A stretch of DNA of 62,726 nt, counting the filler. It is 7 parts of 7 records of this genome, joined end to end, with 100 filler letters (N's around TTAATTAATTAA, not from the genome) between each part and the next. Parts side by side here need not be neighbours in the genome. Positions count along the whole stretch, not along the records: positions 44,434 to 50,519 come from SRR31156797_54619; positions 50,620 to 62,726 come from SRR31156797_54676; 5 more parts are not named here. One strand, written 5' to 3'. The notes beneath the pieces are model-generated. The model worked only from the letters and a program-made list of their open reading frames with translations, searched no databases and had not been told where the DNA came from. Position numbers and translations under genes: made by a program. Within the stretch, counting starts at the first letter, position 1; the number at the start of each line of letters is the position of its first letter. Positions 48,798 through 57,683 of the stretch are shown here, one piece after another.

Positions 48798-50234
48798 ATG
48801 GCTCTAAGAACTGCTGAAGAATATAAAAATGGACTCAAGGACGACCGAAACGTATTTATTATGGGCGCCCGCGTGCCCGATGTCACCGAAGACCCTTATA
48901 TAAAGGTCGGCGTGGAAACCGGCGCTTTTGACTTCTTGATGGGTCATGACCCGGAAATGAAAAACATGGCCGTGATAGAAGATCCGGAAACCGGGGAGGA
49001 CATAAGCGCCTATTTTGAAATACCGGATTCTCCGGAAGCGGTGAGGCGCCGTTTTAACCTGGTAAAGTCTTCAGCCATGTACGCGGATGGAGCACTGCCT
49101 TTCATCAAGGACGTGGGTACGGACATCATTAACGCCCTGACTGTTTTTTCCAAGCTCAGCGGCAACCCGGAATATGAAAAAAGAGTGACCGAATATCGAA
49201 ACTACTGCGCCCGCAACGACCTGTCCATGGCCGGGGCGGTCACAGACGTCAAGGGCGACCGCTCCAAAAGCCCATCCGAACAGGAAACCCCGGACTACTA
49301 CCTTAGAGTGGTCGATGAAACCGATGACGAAATTGTGGTCAGCGGGGCCAAGGCCCATATAACCGCTTCCGCGTACGTTGATGAAATAATAGTAATACCC
49401 ACGCGAAACCTTGATGAGAATGAAGCAGACTGCGCCGTGGCCTTCGCCATACCCGCTAACACTCCGGGCGTCACCCAGATCTGTCGCCCGAGCTTCCGTT
49501 ATGAAGACCTCAACCACTTTCCCACGCCCAGGCCCAAACGGGGCCACGTTGAGGCCCTGGTCATATTTGATAACGTTCGCGTTCCCAAGCATAGGGTTTT
49601 CATGCTCCGGGAATGGAATTTTGCCCAATACCTGGCCTACGCCTTTACTGCCTTTCATCGTTTTACCGCCGTGACCTACAAAATCCCCATACTGGAATAC
49701 ATGACCGGCATGGGCCTGCTGGCCGCGGAAGCCAACGGCGTTCAAAAAGCCTCTCACGTTCGCGACCGCTTCCTGAACATGATCAATTACACGGAAACAA
49801 CAAAATCTCTTGCCCTGGCGGCCATGACCGAACCGGAGAACTTTGCCGGGTCGGGCTTGTTTGTTGCCAACAGGCTTACCTCCAACATGGCCAAATTGTT
49901 TTTTGCGTCGAACTTTCACGAATTCATAAGGGACATCCAGGATATAGCCGGAGGACTTTTAGTCACCCAGCCCACGTACCGCGACTGGGAAAACCAGGAG
50001 CTCAAACCCTATCTGGAAAAGTACATGGGCGGCGCTAAGGGCTACCCCGCGGAAAAACGCCTTAAAATAATGAGCATGCTCCACCATCTCACGGCCAGCG
50101 ATTTCTCGGGCTGGCACGAAATATGTACCATTCATGCGGAAGGCTCGTTCGCGGCTCAGAAAATGATGATGATGGCTGAAGCCCCCATGGATATGTACAA
50201 ACAAAGGGCCAGGGAAGTAGTTGGATTGGCCTGA
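48798..50234 (+). CDS. 4-hydroxybutyryl-CoA dehydratase / HpaB-family flavoprotein, divergent
   Basis: RTAEEY, AVTDVKGDRS, GAKAHIT, EALVIFDNV.VP..RVF, DIAGG, HAEGS. Confidence 0.85.
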   Translation: MALRTAEEYKNGLKDDRNVFIMGARVPDVTEDPYIKVGVETGAFDFLMGHDPEMKNMAVIEDPETGEDISAYFEIPDSPEAVRRRFNLVKSSAMYADGALPFIKDVGTDIINALTVFSKLSGNPEYEKRVTEYRNYCARNDLSMAGAVTDVKGDRSKSPSEQETPDYYLRVVDETDDEIVVSGAKAHITASAYVDEIIVIPTRNLDENEADCAVAFAIPANTPGVTQICRPSFRYEDLNHFPTPRPKRGHVEALVIFDNVRVPKHRVFMLREWNFAQYLAYAFTAFHRFTAVTYKIPILEYMTGMGLLAAEANGVQKASHVRDRFLNMINYTETTKSLALAAMTEPENFAGSGLFVANRLTSNMAKLFFASNFHEFIRDIQDIAGGLLVTQPTYRDWENQELKPYLEKYMGGAKGYPAEKRLKIMSMLHHLTASDFSGWHEICTIHAEGSFAAQKMMMMAEAPMDMYKQRAREVVGLA

Positions 50235-50248
50235 TCAGGGAGAAAAAC

Positions 50249-50519
50249 ATGTTTAAAACGGAAGTATGCGAGATCCTTGGCATCGAATATCCCATAATTC
50301 TTGGCGGCATGCTCTGGGTCGGGGGCGGAAGGCTGACCGCTGCCGTTTCCGACGCGGGCGGGTTCGGCCTGTTGGGCGCCGGCGGCCTCACCCTGGAACA
50401 AATGGAAGCGGAACTGGAAAATATCCGGAAAACCACTGACAAGCCTTTCGGCGTCAATGTGCCACTTTTGCGTCCTGACGCCGAAGACATGATCGAAACC
50501 GCTGTTCGCGGCGGCGCCT
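50249..50519 (+). CDS. Nitronate monooxygenase / FabK-family FMN enoyl reductase, 3'-truncated
   Basis: LGIEYPIILGGM.WV, AAVSDAGGFG, TDKPFGVN. Confidence 0.88.
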
Positions 50520-50619
50520 NNNNNNNNNNNNNNNNNNNNNNNNNNNNNNNNNNNNNNNNNNNNTTAATTAATTAANNNNNNNNNNNNNNNNNNNNNNNNN
50601 NNNNNNNNNNNNNNNNNNN
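50520..50619. other. Artificial contig linker
   Basis: N44-TTAATTAATTAA-N44. Confidence 0.99.
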
Positions 50620-50691
50620 CCGGCCCTGATGCTCATCATCCTCGGGCCTGTCATCATCAATTTTGTTACACTCATTACAGAAGGATTTTAA
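50620..50691 (+). CDS. 3' end of a TadC-like (T2SS F family) platform protein
   Basis: PALMLIILGPVIINF...* matches the TadC last TM. Lies directly before TadD- and TadG-like genes. Confidence 0.55.
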   Translation, partial: PALMLIILGPVIINFVTLITEGF

Positions 50692-50706
50692 GGAGATTAT
50701 AATACC

Positions 50707-51648
50707 ATGGATGCTTGTTTGAAACTGGGGGGAAGATGGAAATCAATCGTCCTGCTGCCGGTCATGGCCCTGTTGGCCTCCGGCTGCGTGGGCTCCCTGC
50801 AGAAAAAAACCGTTACCACCCTCGATGAAGAAACACGGGCCCGGAAGACTCCAGAGATCTGGGATACCAGCAAACTGGAGCCCAACCACATCGCCCTTGC
50901 AAGGGATCTCATTGACAAAGGGTTCTATGATGTGGCCCTGGTGCAACTCAAGACAGCCATGGATAAGGATAAAACCAGCGTTGACGCCTACAATCTTGCC
51001 GGGGTCTGCGCAAGGGAGACGGGAAAGCTGAAGCAAAGCCTCGAGTATTTCGAGTATGCGCTTCTCCTTGACCGGGACAACGCCCCCGTGCACAACAACA
51101 TTGCCATCCTCTACACCCTCATGCAGCAATCCGAAACTGCTCGGAAGCATTTCAAGCGTGCCGTGGAACTCGATCCCGCACGGGCCAATTTCTTCAACAA
51201 TCTCGGCTACTTTCTCATGGAACGGAAAGAGTACGTTGAAGCCGAGGCAGCTTTCAACCAGGCCCTTGCCCTGGAACCCTCAAACGAAAATGTCATCAAC
51301 AACCTTGCCATCTGCCTGGGCCACCAGCAAAAGGACACCGAAGCCCTCAAGATCCTCATGGCCCACCAGCCCCTTGAGCTTGCCTTTTACAACATGGGAT
51401 GCATCTACAAGCTTCGGAACGACACCTCCCGGGCAGATGCCATGTTTGAGCTGTCCCGGCGCAACGCAGCCAAAGCCGGCGCAAAAAATCAGAAGGTGTT
51501 CGACCTCCAGGTGATGAATCCCTCTGCTCCCGTAGACACCACCCCCGCAGATGGAATGACTGGGGATGTGGCCCACACCATTTATACCAAAAAATATCTT
51601 TCTAGCATGAAATCGGATGCAACAGCCTTGGAAGATCCAAAGGAGTAG
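50707..51648 (+). CDS. TPR lipoprotein, TadD-like
   Basis: Lipobox LASGC, several TPRs (NLAGV, NNIAIL, NNLGY, NNLAI, YNMG). Confidence 0.8.
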   Translation: MDACLKLGGRWKSIVLLPVMALLASGCVGSLQKKTVTTLDEETRARKTPEIWDTSKLEPNHIALARDLIDKGFYDVALVQLKTAMDKDKTSVDAYNLAGVCARETGKLKQSLEYFEYALLLDRDNAPVHNNIAILYTLMQQSETARKHFKRAVELDPARANFFNNLGYFLMERKEYVEAEAAFNQALALEPSNENVINNLAICLGHQQKDTEALKILMAHQPLELAFYNMGCIYKLRNDTSRADAMFELSRRNAAKAGAKNQKVFDLQVMNPSAPVDTTPADGMTGDVAHTIYTKKYLSSMKSDATALEDPKE

Positions 51649-51655
51649 ATTTAGT

Positions 51656-53128
51656 GTGAAACAGGCATCTTTCCCGAGCATATTTCGTTCCGAGACTGGT
51701 AGTTTTGCCGTAGTCATGGCTGTCTCGCTCATGTGTCTTGTAACAGTCCTGGCCTTTGCCCTGGACCTTGGTTATTTTGCCAAAGAGAAGGGAAGCTACC
51801 AGGCCTGTGCCGATGCCGCCGCCCTGGCTGCCGCCGAAAATCTCTGCTGTGGCAGAGCTGAGGAGGCTGCCATTGCGGTTGCCATGGGAACAAATGTTTT
51901 GCTGCCAGAAGATTCCATCACCGTGACATTGGGATTTTATGACATATATGATGACCCTACGATTGATGATTTCAGTGTATATAAAAATTTTGTGGCGGAA
52001 GATTCAGATGAGTTTACTGAAAACGTATTTGTCAATGCTGTGATGGTAACCATTGAAAACGAGGTTAAAAGCCTCACAGGGTTTAATAATACCAAAAACA
52101 TCAAGGCCGTTGCTGTCTCTTATGTTCCAGGGGTTGATTGGGTTGCCCAAAAACATTTTTTTAGTTCCAATGGTGGTGACAAAGTTGCCTTTCATCATGG
52201 GAACATCTATGCTGGAAAAATCGTTCGTTTGTATGGAACTGCTGCTTCGGATCGCATAAAAATAGCTGCCGGCAAACGACTAGAAATAAAAAAATGCACA
52301 AAGCTGGCAGATGAAGATGATCCTGCAAGCTATGGGGTCAAAGATGAAATACAAACAGAAGGGATTCCAGAATCGAAGCTGATTGAAAAATATCTGATCT
52401 CAGAAGAAGATAGTAACCCATTGGACGACTACGTTAAAAAAATGAAGAAAAAGGCTGATACGGTCTACACCCTTGGTGAGCCAACCGATGGAGGTGTCTT
52501 TTACAATTCATTTAAAGATGAAGAAACTAAGGAAATATACTGCTTTTTTGATTTGTCTAAAGAGCATGATGATCATGAAATAATTTATTTCGATGTGCCT
52601 GAAGATAAAGATGTGACGGCCTTTATTACGACTACTCCTTGTGAAAGTGATCGATTCGGAGGAAACACGTATTTCTGTCGGCGTTTTCAAACTGATCAAC
52701 CTGGTGCTTCTAACTATTGTGGGGTCGACACGAAAACTCCGTTTGGAAAGGCTATAAAAAATCTCACCTTTGTTACCACCGCCTCAATTTCTATTCCTCG
52801 TCAGAAGGAACCAGGGGTCGAGCTTGGCGATACAGGCAAAAATCAGGTGAATTTTGTTTCGTCAAAAGATATCTTTTTCAGTTCAGAGTATAATCCCTTA
52901 AAAGGTGTGTCTTTTTTTTGCAAGGAATTCTATTTGTCTTTGGCTAGTAAGGAGATAGGGTATCAGCCTCCAGATAAAAGTTATATTAAAGTCATAGCAA
53001 ACGGAGGGTGCATAAAAATAGATAAATGTGATACTAATCCCTCTTTGGATAAATATGATTTTTACCTGAAGTTTGGTCTTCCTTGCCCCAGGGTGTTTCC
53101 AGTTGCCTTGGGGAAACTGGAAGAATAG
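51656..53128 (+). CDS. TadG-like pilus tip/adhesin with N-terminal Tad pseudopilin domain
   Basis: ETG/SFAVVMAVSL...AFALDLG...QACADAAALAAA. Likely GTG start after AGGAG. Confidence 0.8.
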   Translation: MKQASFPSIFRSETGSFAVVMAVSLMCLVTVLAFALDLGYFAKEKGSYQACADAAALAAAENLCCGRAEEAAIAVAMGTNVLLPEDSITVTLGFYDIYDDPTIDDFSVYKNFVAEDSDEFTENVFVNAVMVTIENEVKSLTGFNNTKNIKAVAVSYVPGVDWVAQKHFFSSNGGDKVAFHHGNIYAGKIVRLYGTAASDRIKIAAGKRLEIKKCTKLADEDDPASYGVKDEIQTEGIPESKLIEKYLISEEDSNPLDDYVKKMKKKADTVYTLGEPTDGGVFYNSFKDEETKEIYCFFDLSKEHDDHEIIYFDVPEDKDVTAFITTTPCESDRFGGNTYFCRRFQTDQPGASNYCGVDTKTPFGKAIKNLTFVTTASISIPRQKEPGVELGDTGKNQVNFVSSKDIFFSSEYNPLKGVSFFCKEFYLSLASKEIGYQPPDKSYIKVIANGGCIKIDKCDTNPSLDKYDFYLKFGLPCPRVFPVALGKLEE

Positions 53129-53129
53129 A

Positions 53130-54155
53130 TCAGTTTAATTCCAGGGTTACGGGGATTTTTAATGAAATTTTTTTTGTTCCTCCCATATTGATGGTGATGA
53201 AGGTCTCTATTTTTCCGGTTTTTATCATCGATGTGAGATCCGGAGATATTTCGATCCTGAAGATTCCCTGTTTTTTCAGTTTGATAACTTTTGTGGAAAG
53301 GAATGGCACCCCAGAGTCAATGGAAACTATTTCAAAGGATTTGCCGTCAAAAGATCTGACCGTAATGCTTTTTGTCTCTGGATGCGAGCGATTTATTTTG
53401 CCAAAGTCGACTTTTCCAGGTATTGCCTGGATCTTATCAACTATTTTAGAGTAAACTGGGAGTGTTATCCGGGGTCTTTCTTTCAGGTTGGTTTTAAAAA
53501 AGACCCTTCCCCTGAAGGTTTCCGATTTTTCAGCCTTGTTTCTAAAAAATATCTTATATGATGAGTTGAGTTCATTTTTTTTTACGTAAAACCCAATCTG
53601 GTCCGACAGCTGGCTTTTTAATAACTTAAGCTCAAAGCTGCGATTGGCAGGGGCATTTATTGTTATCGTCCTTTCAAGGGGAGTGCCTTTAATGCCATTG
53701 AAGAATATTCTGTCTGGTTCTATAGAGACTCTTTCTTGTATATTTGCCCCAATTTCAAGAACGGTAATTGGATTTTCCGGATCATTGGAATGGAGAGTTA
53801 TTATTTTGAATGTTTCGCCAGATCCTCCGGCCGTGTCAAAGACAACGCTGATGTTTCCGAATTCACCTGGCTGAATTTCTCGGCTATAGTTAACCGTTGT
53901 GCAGCTGCAATCGGTTGTGATATCCGTCAGCACCAAGGGCAAGTTGCCTATGTTCTCGACCTTGAATACGTGGGGGAGCTTGTCTCCCTCTACAATGGTT
54001 CCCCCATGGAATATTTTTTTTTCTGTATAGATGACGGGTGCCTTGGTTGCAAGTTTCTCTTCTGTCATGACGCTTATATTTGCCCACGTGGATGCTGTTG
54101 TGTAAATTAAAAGTATTGCTGAAAATAAAAAGGATCTAATTGATTCTCGGTGCAT
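53130..54155 (-). CDS. Secreted DUF1573 (Ig-like) protein, about three beta-sandwich domains
   Basis: Signal peptide; HVFKVENIGNLPLVL....DCSCT...IQPGE.G.I.V.FDT; SNDP.NP. Confidence 0.85.
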   Translation of the reverse strand: MHRESIRSFLFSAILLIYTTASTWANISVMTEEKLATKAPVIYTEKKIFHGGTIVEGDKLPHVFKVENIGNLPLVLTDITTDCSCTTVNYSREIQPGEFGNISVVFDTAGGSGETFKIITLHSNDPENPITVLEIGANIQERVSIEPDRIFFNGIKGTPLERTITINAPANRSFELKLLKSQLSDQIGFYVKKNELNSSYKIFFRNKAEKSETFRGRVFFKTNLKERPRITLPVYSKIVDKIQAIPGKVDFGKINRSHPETKSITVRSFDGKSFEIVSIDSGVPFLSTKVIKLKKQGIFRIEISPDLTSMIKTGKIETFITINMGGTKKISLKIPVTLELN

Positions 54156-54197
54156 TTAGACCTACCTGCTTTACATCTGTTGGAAAAAAAATTGAGA

Positions 54198-54236
54198 GGG
54201 CTCCGATTCCAGCTATTGTCTGAAAGTCCGGAGCCC
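54198..54236 (-). terminator. Hairpin/terminator after the cohesin-like PEP-CTERM gene
   Basis: GGGCTCCG ... CGGAGCCC stem, with a T-run shortly after on the minus strand. Confidence 0.6.
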
Positions 54237-54271
54237 CATTTTTATAATTCTGTTAACCTTAATGTTATCGA

Positions 54272-54904
54272 TTAAGCTCTTTTGCGTCTGATACCCACAA
54301 GGCACATAAGACCTGAGCCGAGAAGCCAGATGGCTGCTGGAACAGGTACTGAGGACGTGTCGGGAGTACCAATATCGGTATAATTTGCTGAAACAACGGC
54401 TTTTAAACCGTCACTATTTGAATTTAGATCGTAAGTGATACCATCAACTTCAAAGGAAAACATTTTATCTTCAAAGTCAAAGTTGAAATCAGATTTTGCA
54501 TCGTCATCTTTGATCGCAGAGGGATCTATAACATTAAAAACAAAAGAACCTAATTTCGTTGTTCCTGAAGATACTTGAGAAGAGCCAAAATTTGTTGAAT
54601 TAAAGCCGTTCAATGTTCCTGTTACTGGATCCGCTGTCGTGGGGGTCATTTCAAATGAACCTGGTAACAGGTTGTTTGTATAGCTTGCAAATTCTAACTC
54701 GTTTTGGTCAAAAAGAAATTCAAATGCATACATGCCGCCTAATTCATGAGTTGCATCTGAATTGAAATTAACATCAAAAATTGCCAGACTGTCTCCTGCT
54801 GTATAATTTGTAGAAATATCTAATGTAAAACTTGCAAAAGCATTACTGCAGAATGTTATAGCTATAAATAGTGAAAGTATTACTTTTCTGTATGTTATAT
54901 TCAT
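54272..54904 (-). CDS. VPLPA/PEP-CTERM protein with one cohesin-like domain
   Basis: Signal peptide (SNAFA). Beta-rich domain with AFEFLFDQNELEFAS and GTTKLGSFVFNV. Tail VPVPAAIWLLGSGLMCLVGIRRKRA. The sorting signal is clear, the cohesin call is by motif only. Confidence 0.75.
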   Translation of the reverse strand: MNITYRKVILSLFIAITFCSNAFASFTLDISTNYTAGDSLAIFDVNFNSDATHELGGMYAFEFLFDQNELEFASYTNNLLPGSFEMTPTTADPVTGTLNGFNSTNFGSSQVSSGTTKLGSFVFNVIDPSAIKDDDAKSDFNFDFEDKMFSFEVDGITYDLNSNSDGLKAVVSANYTDIGTPDTSSVPVPAAIWLLGSGLMCLVGIRRKRA

Positions 54905-54920
54905 TTGATTTTTCCCCTTA

Positions 54921-56411
54921 TTATTCAAAGTTGTAGAAAGGTGCTTCTTTTCCGTAGAGAGATCTGAGTTTGTTGAAATCGGTAGCGTTTACTATACCGT
55001 CGCCATTTAGATCTGTATTCGCATTGGATGAACCATATGTGCCTCTCCAATGATTAAAATCCGTAGCATTTACTATACCATCATTGTTGAAATCAGCGTC
55101 AATGATATTGCCGTAACCGTCTCCGTCTGAATCGATGTTATTGGCATCAAAGGTGTTGGGCGAATGGTCCTCGCAATCTGTGTGGCCGTCATTGTCCCCA
55201 TCCCTTGTGGTATTGATCTTGTAAGTAGTGAGGCTTGCCGTTATTCCATCCTCCCAATAATCTTTAGCAGAACCGGGGGTGCAATTTACTGTATTGGTGG
55301 GATTCCAGGAAACAGAAATGCCGCCGTCGAAGGCGATGATACCCGTGGCGCTGTCATTCTGGCAGGGGTCCGGGGCAAATTGACGGTATTCTGCTGCATT
55401 TGCTTCGTTCACGGGATCAGCCTCACCAGGTTGTGCGGCAACCACACGTTCCATTACTGTATGGCTGATCAATGCTGCATACCCGTTTTCCGTGGGACCG
55501 CCTATGCCAAAGGCATCCCCGCCTCCCACGCAGAGATTGCCATCGGGGTCAAACCCGAGGTATGCCGAACTGAGAGTATTGGTGGCAAGAACCCTGTGCT
55601 GATCATCATAGTCGCCACCGATCATGGCCCCGTCATTCCACCACTCATTGGTTTTCCAGACCTTGAGTTCGCCTGTTCTGTTTGGGGAAGTACAATATCC
55701 AATTCCGGTCACCAAGTTGAACTCTTTATCAACTGCAATGCTTGCAGAAGCTCCTGGGATAGATTTGATCAATCCCACGGTACTTCCATCTTGGGTATCC
55801 AGGGAGATTACGCCACTTCCGTAGGGTGGGCCGGGCCATATTCCGCCGTTTACCACAAGGTGGCGGTTGTCAGGGGCCCAGGCTGCGTCATAGTAGTTAA
55901 CGTCGTGCATTGTGACCCCGTCACTGAGAACGTAACTTTCCGGATCATCCGGGTCTTCCAGTTGAAAAAAAGTTTCAGGTGTTGAATTCTCGCAAACAGA
56001 ACTTGGCAGAATTAGAAGAGGCTTGCCAAAGCCTATGCCCAGGGCAATCTTGGAACCGTCCGGGGATACTTTGATGAAAGAAGGGTCCATTGTGTAGGTG
56101 ACTGAACCTATTTCAGTCCACGCTTCCGGATCTGTGGCACTTTGCATGTATACTTTTGATCCTGTGGCGGAGACCATCCTACCTTTGTAAGGACCAGATC
56201 TGAAATAGTCTACTGCAGTGAACCAACTGAAAACATCCGGGTCTGTTTCGCCACCTCCGGCTTCGATAAGATCTGTTGTTATTACATTTTCTGCCCCCTG
56301 ATTGCCGTAGAGGAAGAAGTCCTCGGCGGCAAAGGATTGTGCGGCAATTAACAACAGGCCGATCAGCAGTGCGGAAACACTTGCGAGTCGTGCCCTTTTC
56401 TTAATGTTCAT
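54921..56411 (-). CDS. Secreted beta-propeller-like protein with TSP3-like Ca-binding repeats and C-terminal dockerin
   Basis: Signal peptide (QSFA); VSPDG, WAPDN, FDPDGN blade-like motifs; DGDNDGHTDCED...DSDGDGYGN; duplicated DFNNDGIVNATDF / DLNGDGIVNATDF. Start ATG 56411 after AGGAGG. Confidence 0.8.
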   Translation of the reverse strand: MNIKKRARLASVSALLIGLLLIAAQSFAAEDFFLYGNQGAENVITTDLIEAGGGETDPDVFSWFTAVDYFRSGPYKGRMVSATGSKVYMQSATDPEAWTEIGSVTYTMDPSFIKVSPDGSKIALGIGFGKPLLILPSSVCENSTPETFFQLEDPDDPESYVLSDGVTMHDVNYYDAAWAPDNRHLVVNGGIWPGPPYGSGVISLDTQDGSTVGLIKSIPGASASIAVDKEFNLVTGIGYCTSPNRTGELKVWKTNEWWNDGAMIGGDYDDQHRVLATNTLSSAYLGFDPDGNLCVGGGDAFGIGGPTENGYAALISHTVMERVVAAQPGEADPVNEANAAEYRQFAPDPCQNDSATGIIAFDGGISVSWNPTNTVNCTPGSAKDYWEDGITASLTTYKINTTRDGDNDGHTDCEDHSPNTFDANNIDSDGDGYGNIIDADFNNDGIVNATDFNHWRGTYGSSNANTDLNGDGIVNATDFNKLRSLYGKEAPFYNFE

Positions 56412-56475
56412 AAAAAACCTCCTTTTGTTGTATTGAACAGCAGACCAACTGTTGGTCCGCATGGACAGCTGTTTT

Positions 56476-57066
56476 TTAGTTTACTGAATCTTCCGGACCA
56501 TAGGTCTCTTTTGCCCAGGGCCTGCCGCCCACCCAGTGTAGGACGGTGATTTCATCGTCCGGGTGTCCGGCGTTTTGCCGGTACAGATCTGCAACCTGCA
56601 CCATGATTTCCTTCATTTCCCTTGAATTTTCCGGTTTGATTCGGATCCAGATCTCATTCTTCGGCGGTCCGAAAAATTCGGGGTTTTTCTTTTCCTCGAT
56701 GGGATTGTGGGTCTGGACGGTGTATACGGGAAATGTCTCCATTACCTCAGCTTCGAAGATTTCGTTAAGTTCCCATTCGGTTTCAGGATCGTATTCTTCC
56801 GGGTCCTGCGTCATAAGTTCCGCTGCTTTTGCCAGGGCTGGGGCCGTTTGAGGGGCTGCTGAATCGGGGGCAGCCTTGGATTCCGGGGGAAGGCTTTCTT
56901 TTTGGACCGGCAGCGTTTCCGGGATCGGCGGTGGGACGGCTGTTTTGCTGGCAACGGGTAGTTCTGTTGGGGGGGCTGGTCTGTCAGAGGAGCGGGTTAG
57001 AATCAGAATCCCGCCTCCCGTCAGGCAGACGGCGGTAATTGCAATTATGAGAGTTTTTTTATTCAT
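56476..57066 (-). CDS. N-terminally anchored membrane protein of unknown family, Pro-rich linker
   Basis: One TM, Pro/Ala linker, C-terminal domain similar to that of 61762-62352. Confidence 0.75.
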   Translation of the reverse strand: MNKKTLIIAITAVCLTGGGILILTRSSDRPAPPTELPVASKTAVPPPIPETLPVQKESLPPESKAAPDSAAPQTAPALAKAAELMTQDPEEYDPETEWELNEIFEAEVMETFPVYTVQTHNPIEEKKNPEFFGPPKNEIWIRIKPENSREMKEIMVQVADLYRQNAGHPDDEITVLHWVGGRPWAKETYGPEDSVN

Positions 57067-57539
57067 AGAATCCCTTTGTGAAGCTTGATGGTTTTCATTG
57101 CCTCTCCTGATAATTGATTTTTAATATTGCTATACGCTATTATTTTTATATTTGCTTTTAAAATGTTGCTGAATATCAGGAGTTTTTTGCTGATTTGCGT
57201 TTTTATCCGGCAGGCACGGTGAGTCTGGGGCAGTATCGTTTTTACTGGGCTTGTGATTCTCATGCTTTTTTGCTTCCTTGCTGCTGTTGTTTTGCTTGCA
57301 TTTTTATCTGGTCTGCCGGACCAGGCTCCTGCCCTATTAAATTTTTTATTATATATTGTAATAGATAGTGGCGCTCCGATAAATTTGCTTAAAGTTAGGA
57401 TTTATTTGCTGTTTTTTGGTGTCGGCTGAGGAAGGCGGAAGTTGGCGATTCTGATAAAAAGAATTTATAAGAAGCAAATTATTACTCATAATGAGCAATA
57501 AAGTCGGAGAGAATCTTTTTTTAAAGGTATATGGTGAAT

Positions 57540-57613
57540 TCGTTAAACGCCACACCCGTCGTGAGGCGGGGCCGGAAAGCCACGGGTCTCAAATTGAGAA
57601 AGCCGGGTTGCCA
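57540..57613 (+). ncRNA. Cyclic-di-GMP-I (GEMM-I) riboswitch aptamer
   Basis: G-CC-ACA-CCCGTC-GTGA-GGCGGG-GCC-GG-AAA-GCC-ACGGG-TCTC-aaatt-GAGA-AAG-CCGGGTTG-CC. P2 has a GNRA loop and P3 is present. Positions equivalent to Vc2 G20/A47/C92 are G/A/C. Confidence 0.9.
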
Positions 57614-57635
57614 GAGAGGTGACCCGGCTTTTTTT
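57601..57635 (+). terminator. Intrinsic terminator overlapping the aptamer 3' strand (ON-switch platform)
   Basis: AGCCGGGTTGCC-AGAGA-GGTGACCCGGCT followed by a T-run. Confidence 0.88.
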
Positions 57636-57683
57636 ATGCCGTGGTTGCATTACTTTATTCTATTGCTGAGGAGTGATGTTCAA

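Noticed and set aside
57360-57400. TGGCGC...TTGC as a sigma54 promoter for the PEP-CTERM genes
   Set aside because: The GG to GC spacing is 15 nt, not the required 10.
57531-57683. 51-aa N-terminal extension of the first PEP-CTERM ORF
   Set aside because: It runs through the riboswitch and terminator. The RBS and signal peptide fit ATG 57684.
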